In this document: one piece after another, positions 58,843-64,000 of the stretch | Numbering within the stretch: the stretch's first letter is position 1 | Layout: every line of letters starts with the position of its first letter | Assembly: GCA_041687695.1 (NCBI GenBank) | Contig: JAWLBL010000006.1 | Location: forward strand, 192,001 to 256,000 | Direction of reading: 5' to 3' | Origin: Myxococcota bacterium | Lineage (GTDB): Bacteria; Myxococcota_A; UBA9042; PHBI01; JAWLBL01 | DNA length: 64,000 bases | Translations under genes and position numbers: made by a program | Notes under the pieces: model-generated | The model's database searches: none | What the model was told of the DNA's origin: nothing | The model's input: only the letters and a program-made list of their open reading frames with translations

Positions 58843-60525
58843 ATGAAGATCGCCCACACCGCCCTTCGCTCCCTCTGTGCCCTGTCCGTGGCGGCCACGA
58901 CCGGCGCCGCGTGTGACGCCGAGCTCGACGCCCCGGCGCCGGTGGCCGTCAGCGTGCTCGCCCTCGAGGGCGGCACCTGCGGCAGCGACCCCGCGACGGC
59001 GAACCCGTTCGCCGACGCGAGCCGCGTCTCCATCCGCGTCTCGGGCATCAAGGGCGACGACGAGCCCTTCACCATCCGCGACTCCGCCAACCTCCGCGCG
59101 GGCTCGGACATCACCATCTCCGGCATCCCGGTCGGCGTCGGCCACACGGTCGAGCTGTGGGCGCAGGGCGGCCAGAGCAACTGGTACGGCCGCGCGACCG
59201 GCGTCGCCGTCCGGCGGTCCGAGAAGAACCCCATCGAGATGACCCTGACCCGCCACGGCGCCTTCACCGACGTGGGGCTGCCGGAAGCGTTCAACAACAT
59301 GGTCTTCCCGGCCGCGGTCGAGCTCGGCGACGGCCGCGTCATGGTCTCGGGCGGCTTCCGACGCGTCATCAGCGACGCCAGCGGCACGTTCCTGGGCTCG
59401 CCCAGCGACCAGGCGGTCATCTACGACCCGCGCACGGGCGCGACCAGCGCCGTCCTGCAGATGCCCGCCGGCCAGGAGCGCGGCGCCCACGCGATGGCCT
59501 TCATCCCGGCCACCAACCAGGTCCTCATCGTCGGCGGCGCCCTGCGCATCGGCCTCGACGACGCCAAGGCCTTCCCCTACGTCTTCGACGTCGCCGACGG
59601 ACGCAACGACCTCGTCCTCTTCGACGTCGCGTCCAACACCTTCTCGGTCGTCGAGAACGACTCCGAGAGCAAGCGCACCCAGCTCAAGCGAGCCTTCCCG
59701 CGCGTCCACGCCATGAACGACGGCACGGTCGTCATCACCGGTGGTGGTCGCTGGCCGGTCGAGTCGTCCGAGGACTACAAGATCGTCGCCGTCTACGACG
59801 CGGCCCTCGGCAAGCTCCGCAACAGCGTCGGCTTCCAGAGCTTCTTCCCGCGCTCGGGCCACTCGATGACCTTCCTCAAGAACGAGGAGAACCTGGCCCA
59901 GCTGCTCCTCCTCGGCGGCACGACCAACGAGAGCGGTCGCCGTCAGGCCGAGATCCTCAAGCAGTCCAGCCGCCAGACCGACGGCATCGACGGCAACTTC
60001 GTCCAGGTCGACGTCGCCGGCGAGCTGCCCTTCCTGTTCTTCCACGAGGTCACGCCCCTGTCGGGCCAGCGCTTCCTCGTGACCGGCGGCGTCCGCGCGG
60101 ACGCCAAGCGCGCCCTGCAGGCGCCGCTCGACGACGAGGCCTGGCTCCTCAGCTACTCCGAGGACAGCGGCACGCCGACCCTCAGCTCCATCCAGGTGCC
60201 GGGCCTCGGCGCCGGCCGCGTCTTCCACTCGGCGCTGACCGGCGACTTCCTGAGGGCGAACGTGGTCGGCGGCCTGTCGGGCCGGACGGCCCTCGACAAC
60301 GACAAGGTGAAGTTCTTCGACGTCACGGCCTACGACTCCGGCGCCGCGCCCTGGACCGTGGCCCCCGAGACCAGCGCCTTCGTCAGCCGCGGCGGCCACG
60401 CCGGCGTCATGCAGCTCAGCGGATCGATCTTCCTGGTCGGCGGCGAGACGAACCTCACCCCGAACACCCCCGAGTGTGCGTTCAGCCAGGTCTACACGCC
60501 CTCGAGCATCGCGATCCCCAAGTAG
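58843..60525 (+). CDS. Kelch-repeat (beta-propeller) lipoprotein
   Basis: GAA-C lipobox; DGRVMVSGG, QVLIVGG, RSGHSMT, RGGHAG repeats. Confidence 0.8.
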   Translation: MKIAHTALRSLCALSVAATTGAACDAELDAPAPVAVSVLALEGGTCGSDPATANPFADASRVSIRVSGIKGDDEPFTIRDSANLRAGSDITISGIPVGVGHTVELWAQGGQSNWYGRATGVAVRRSEKNPIEMTLTRHGAFTDVGLPEAFNNMVFPAAVELGDGRVMVSGGFRRVISDASGTFLGSPSDQAVIYDPRTGATSAVLQMPAGQERGAHAMAFIPATNQVLIVGGALRIGLDDAKAFPYVFDVADGRNDLVLFDVASNTFSVVENDSESKRTQLKRAFPRVHAMNDGTVVITGGGRWPVESSEDYKIVAVYDAALGKLRNSVGFQSFFPRSGHSMTFLKNEENLAQLLLLGGTTNESGRRQAEILKQSSRQTDGIDGNFVQVDVAGELPFLFFHEVTPLSGQRFLVTGGVRADAKRALQAPLDDEAWLLSYSEDSGTPTLSSIQVPGLGAGRVFHSALTGDFLRANVVGGLSGRTALDNDKVKFFDVTAYDSGAAPWTVAPETSAFVSRGGHAGVMQLSGSIFLVGGETNLTPNTPECAFSQVYTPSSIAIPK

Positions 60526-60631
60526 TCGGCCACCCATTGCGCTTCGGCGCGCTCAGCCTCCCGACCCCGCAGCGAGCGGGGCACCGGCCCCTCAGCAGCA
60601 TCAGCGAATGCTTCGTCAGCAGGAGAAGCGA

Positions 60632-62023
60632 ATGCTTCGTCGTCACCGTGCGCCCGCCCGTGTCATCGCCGTGATGAGCGCGCTATTGTTCCTCAACCTC
60701 GAGATGACCGTCCTGCTGCAGGGGCATCTGGCCGTGTCCCGCGCCCACGCCCAGGCCGGCAAGGAGCGGCGCGTCGCGCTCTTCGTCTTGTCGACGGGGC
60801 GCAACGCCGGCGACGCGCAGGTGCTCCAGACGCTGCTCCGCAAGGAGCTCAAGGGCCTGACCAACGTCCGTCTGGTCACCGGCTCTCCCGATCCCGACCG
60901 CAGCATCGAGGCCACTGCCGGCCCGATGGTCGAAAACGGCATCCGCTCGCTCAACGACGGCGTGCGCAGCCGAGAGGCGGCGGCCGCGGCCGAGGCCGAG
61001 CTGCAGAAGGCCTACGATCTGCTGGTGCGCGACACCGGCCCCCTCAACCGGCGGCTGCTCGCCCGCACGCTCAAGGGCCTGGGCGTCGCCCGCGTCATGC
61101 TGGGCCGCCGCGAGGAGGGCAAGGAGATGATCCGGGCCGCCCTGAACCTGTGGCCCGACCAGCAGGACGCCGAGTACGGCTACACCCTCGAGGTGCGCAA
61201 CGCCTACAAGGAGGTCCAGAAGGAGCGCCTCGAGCAGGCCGCCGGCAGCGTCGCCATCTTCAGCGAGCCGACCGGCGCCGAGGTCAGCATCGGCGGCCAG
61301 GTGAAGGGCTACGCCACCAGCGAGGGCATCAACGTCCGCGATCTGATGCCTGGCCCCCACTGGATGTCGGCGCAGCTCGACGGCTACAAGCGCTCCGGCG
61401 CCTTCGTCACCGTCGAGGCGGGCCAGGAGACCCTGCAGAACTTCTTCCTCGAGCCCATGCCGAACGCGCAGGCCTTCGAGTCGACCACCGCGGACATCGT
61501 CAAGAACTTCCGCAGCGAGGCCAAGGTCTCTGGTTCCCTGACCGGCCTCAAGGGCCTGGTCGGCGCGGACGAGGTGCTGGTGTTCCTGACTTCGAGCCGC
61601 GGCGGCGCCTACCACTTCAACGGCTGGCACCTTGGCCCGCAGGGCAAGGTCGAGCAGGTGCAGGCCAAGGTCAAGCAGGACGCCAGCTTCCTCACGGGCG
61701 TCCAGAACATGCTCGCCGGCGCCCTGAACACCACGGTGGCCGGCGAGTACGCCGAGCTGCCCCTGGACGCTCCGCCGGGCGCGAGCCAGATGGCCGGCGG
61801 CGGCGACGAGGTCTTCATCGACCCCAACGATCAGATCATCAAGGTCGACGACAAGGAGAAGCAGTCGCTGACCAGCGAGTGGTGGTTCTGGGCCATCCTG
61901 GGCGGCGCCGCCGCGGGCCTCACCCTGGGCGTGCTCGCCATCGTCGACCAGCCGACCTCCTCGGGCGCCGTCGGAGACATCACCATCGGCGTGAACCCCG
62001 CCACGGGCGCGGCCGCGCAGTAG
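60632..62023 (+). CDS. PEGA domain protein with TPR-like segment and C-terminal membrane anchor
   Basis: GSVAIFSEPTGAEVSIGG...LMPGPHW...LDGY; WWFWAILGG; AGGAG RBS. Confidence 0.8.
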   Translation: MLRRHRAPARVIAVMSALLFLNLEMTVLLQGHLAVSRAHAQAGKERRVALFVLSTGRNAGDAQVLQTLLRKELKGLTNVRLVTGSPDPDRSIEATAGPMVENGIRSLNDGVRSREAAAAAEAELQKAYDLLVRDTGPLNRRLLARTLKGLGVARVMLGRREEGKEMIRAALNLWPDQQDAEYGYTLEVRNAYKEVQKERLEQAAGSVAIFSEPTGAEVSIGGQVKGYATSEGINVRDLMPGPHWMSAQLDGYKRSGAFVTVEAGQETLQNFFLEPMPNAQAFESTTADIVKNFRSEAKVSGSLTGLKGLVGADEVLVFLTSSRGGAYHFNGWHLGPQGKVEQVQAKVKQDASFLTGVQNMLAGALNTTVAGEYAELPLDAPPGASQMAGGGDEVFIDPNDQIIKVDDKEKQSLTSEWWFWAILGGAAAGLTLGVLAIVDQPTSSGAVGDITIGVNPATGAAAQ

Positions 62024-62045
62024 CCGGACGCCGCGAAGCTCACCG

Positions 62046-62085
62046 AAGCGAAACGGCCGGGGCGCTCACCCCGGCCGTTTCGCTT
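62046..62085. terminator. Strong hairpin, likely bidirectional terminator
   Basis: 17-bp stem AAGCGAAACGGCCGGGG / CCCCGGCCGTTTCGCTT, 6-nt loop. Confidence 0.8.
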
Positions 62086-62147
62086 TCGAATCCAGCCTCT
62101 CCTGGCTCTTTGGAGGGCCTCGAGCGCCGGCAGCCGGCTCGGGGCGT

Positions 62148-62355
62148 CAGAGGCCGTCGAGGGCCTGCGACAGGTCGCGTCCGGCCCTCGACACGCTCTG
62201 AGGGCCTGCACCAGACCGCTCTCGGTCCTGCAGAGGCCGTCGAGCGCCTGCACAAGACCGCTCTCGGTCGCGCAGAGGCCATCGAGCGCCTGCAACAGGT
62301 CGCTTCCGGAGCCGTCAGAGCGCTTCGAGCGCCTGCAGCAGGTCGGCTTCCAGAT
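62148..62355. repeat. Degenerate ~42-bp tandem repeats related to the 3' end of the metB-family gene
   Basis: CAGAGGCCRTCGAGSGCCTGC-type units at about 62148, 62190, 62231, 62273 and 62316. Confidence 0.8.
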
Positions 62356-63520
62356 CGTCGGCGTCCTCGAGCCCCACCGACAGCCGCACCAGGCTGTCGC
62401 GGATGCCGACGGCCAGGCGCTCCTCGGTCGTCAGCTCGAAGTAGCTCATCAGGGCGACCTGCTCGATGAGCGTCTCCACGCCGCCCAGGCTGGGCCCGAT
62501 GCGCGGGATCCGGACCGCGTCGATGAAGCGCCCGGTCGCCTCGAGGTCGGCGCGCAACGTGAACGAGACCACGCCGCCGAAGCCGCTCATCAGCCGCCGC
62601 GCCACCTCGTGCGTCGCGTGCGTCTCGAGGCCCGGATAGTACACCTCGTCGACCTTGGGGTGGCTCGCCAGCCGTCGGGCCAGCCGCATCGCTGTCTCGT
62701 TCTGCTGCCGCACGCGCAGCGGCAAGGTCTTCAGGCCCCGGATCAGCAGCCACGCGGCGTGCGGGTCCAGCACGCCGCCCAGGATGGCCTGCAGCTCGCG
62801 GATGCCCTGCACCAGCGGCGCCGCCCCCGCGATGACCCCCGCCAGCAGGTCGTTGTGGCCGCCCAGGTACTTGGTCGCCGAGTGGACGACCAGGTCGGCC
62901 CCCTGCGTCAGCGGCCGCTGGTTCACCGGTGTGGCGAAGGTCGCGTCGATGACGATCTTGAACGACCGGCCCTTCTTCAGCGCCGCCAGCGCGGGGATGT
63001 CGACGACCTTCAGGTACGGGTTGGTCGGCGACTCCGTCACCAGGACCCGTGTCTCGGGCCGCAAGGCCGCCTCCAGGGCCGCCAGGTCGTCGGCCGGCAC
63101 GACGCTGACCTCGACGCCCAGCCGCCCCAGGACCTGTCTGCAGAACTGCCGCGTCCGGCGATAGCAGTCGTCGGTCAGCACGACGTGTTGGCCCTGCCGC
63201 AGCAGGGTCAGCAGGGTCGTCGTGACCGCCGCCATCCCCGACCCGAACAGCAGCGCGTCCTGCGCCCCCTCGAGCGCCGCGATCTTCTCCTCGGCCGCGC
63301 GCTGCGTCGGGTTGCCGTAGCGCCCGTACTCCATCCGCTCGACCTCGCCCGACATGAACGCCGTCAGCTCGGCCGTGTCCCGGAACGTGTAGGTCGCGGT
63401 CTGGTAGATGGGCACCTGCAGGGCCGCGTGCGGCTGCCGCGCGTCCGTCCCGGCGTGCACCGCCGTCGTCTGAAGCCCTGGCCCTCGACCCTCCACCCGC
63501 TCGTCCCCGCCGCTGGCCAT
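62315..63520 (-). CDS. Cys/Met metabolism PLP enzyme (cystathionine gamma-synthase family)
   Basis: YGRYGNPT, SGMAA, ESPTNP, DATFATP, HSATKYLGGHND, SLGGVETL, RLSVGLED. Confidence 0.9.
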   Translation of the reverse strand: MASGGDERVEGRGPGLQTTAVHAGTDARQPHAALQVPIYQTATYTFRDTAELTAFMSGEVERMEYGRYGNPTQRAAEEKIAALEGAQDALLFGSGMAAVTTTLLTLLRQGQHVVLTDDCYRRTRQFCRQVLGRLGVEVSVVPADDLAALEAALRPETRVLVTESPTNPYLKVVDIPALAALKKGRSFKIVIDATFATPVNQRPLTQGADLVVHSATKYLGGHNDLLAGVIAGAAPLVQGIRELQAILGGVLDPHAAWLLIRGLKTLPLRVRQQNETAMRLARRLASHPKVDEVYYPGLETHATHEVARRLMSGFGGVVSFTLRADLEATGRFIDAVRIPRIGPSLGGVETLIEQVALMSYFELTTEERLAVGIRDSLVRLSVGLEDADDLEADLLQALEAL

Positions 63521-63706
63521 GTCCCCTCCTCGTCGCCGCCCCACCATCGGGCGACTCCGCTATAGCGAAGTTCCTCGGCCCCGGTCCACCTCGCCGTGGA
63601 ACGCCGATGACGCATCGCCGAGGCGCTCGGTCGCCCCAACCGCCCACGCGGGCTCCGCCATCGCCCGCCGCCCGCTGCTGGCGCGGCCGCGAGCGGCGGA
63701 CCTTCG

Positions 63707-63766
63707 AAAAGGCGAGGGCCGCGTCGCCGGCTCCCCCTAAAGGGAGCCAGGCGCGCGGCCCTCGTC
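63707..63766 (-). terminator. Long hairpin plus T tract after the dsbA-like gene
   Basis: Minus strand GACGAGGGCCGCG...GGCTCCC/GGGAGCC...CGCGGCCCTCGCC then TTTT. Confidence 0.65.
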
Positions 63767-63790
63767 AGACCAGCGTGGCCTGAACGCGAA

Positions 63791-64000
63791 TTACTTCTTG
63801 TTCAGGATGTGCTTGTCGATGACGCGCGTGAAGGCCTCGAGGTTGTAGCCCGAGGGCGACGTGAACTTCCGACCGTTGATGTAGATGGTCGGGGTGCCAC
63901 GGACGCCGGCCTTGCGGCCCTCCTCCATGTCGGCGTTGACGAGCTCCTTGTGCTTGCCGGACTCCATGCACTTCTTGAAGGCATCGATGTCCTTGACGCC
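63791..64000 (-). CDS. DsbA/thioredoxin-fold protein, C-terminal part (5' end outside the window)
   Basis: ...FKKCMESGKHKELVNADMEEGRKAGVRGTPTIYINGRK...NKK*; not in the ORF track. Confidence 0.85.
   Translation of the reverse strand, partial: GVKDIDAFKKCMESGKHKELVNADMEEGRKAGVRGTPTIYINGRKFTSPSGYNLEAFTRVIDKHILNKK

Noticed and set aside
63521..63790. SAM riboswitch upstream of the metB-family gene
   Set aside because: No recognisable SAM-I/II core motifs; the only clear structure is the terminator of the upstream dsbA-like gene.

Overview
Very GC-rich bacterial chromosomal segment with a Myxococcota/deltaproteobacterial gene repertoire (Cys-rich lipoproteins, PEGA/kelch/HEAT proteins, Ser/Thr kinase, tandem myxobacterial-type OM beta-barrels); taxonomy is inferred from gene content only. 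Mostly core genome: rpmB, glpD, ihfB, tRNA-Arg(CCT), metG, apt, surE, prs, icd-sucCD-ndk-rlmN, a MoxR/DUF58/DUF4350 operon, ftsY, meaB, LMW-PTP plus fructosamine kinase, RNase Z, a metB-family gene and a partial dsbA-like gene. No integrase, transposase, prophage, cas gene or true CRISPR array is visible. Best leads: (1) an apparently complete sigma54-driven mini transcription unit encoding a 37-aa hydrophobic peptide; (2) a sigma54 promoter directly in front of a minimal FliA-like sigma factor; (3) a LigA paralog that has lost catalytic residues, next to a similarly eroded PRTase; (4) 42-bp-period tandem arrays at convergent gene junctions, one built of double hairpins and one derived from a gene's own 3' end; (5) a probable CTG-initiated gene, a pseudo-sulfatase/meaB/GT-C operon and a receiver-KaiC pseudogene relic. 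All family calls come from reading motifs by eye; no searches were run, and most long antisense ORFs in the track are GC-bias shadows.
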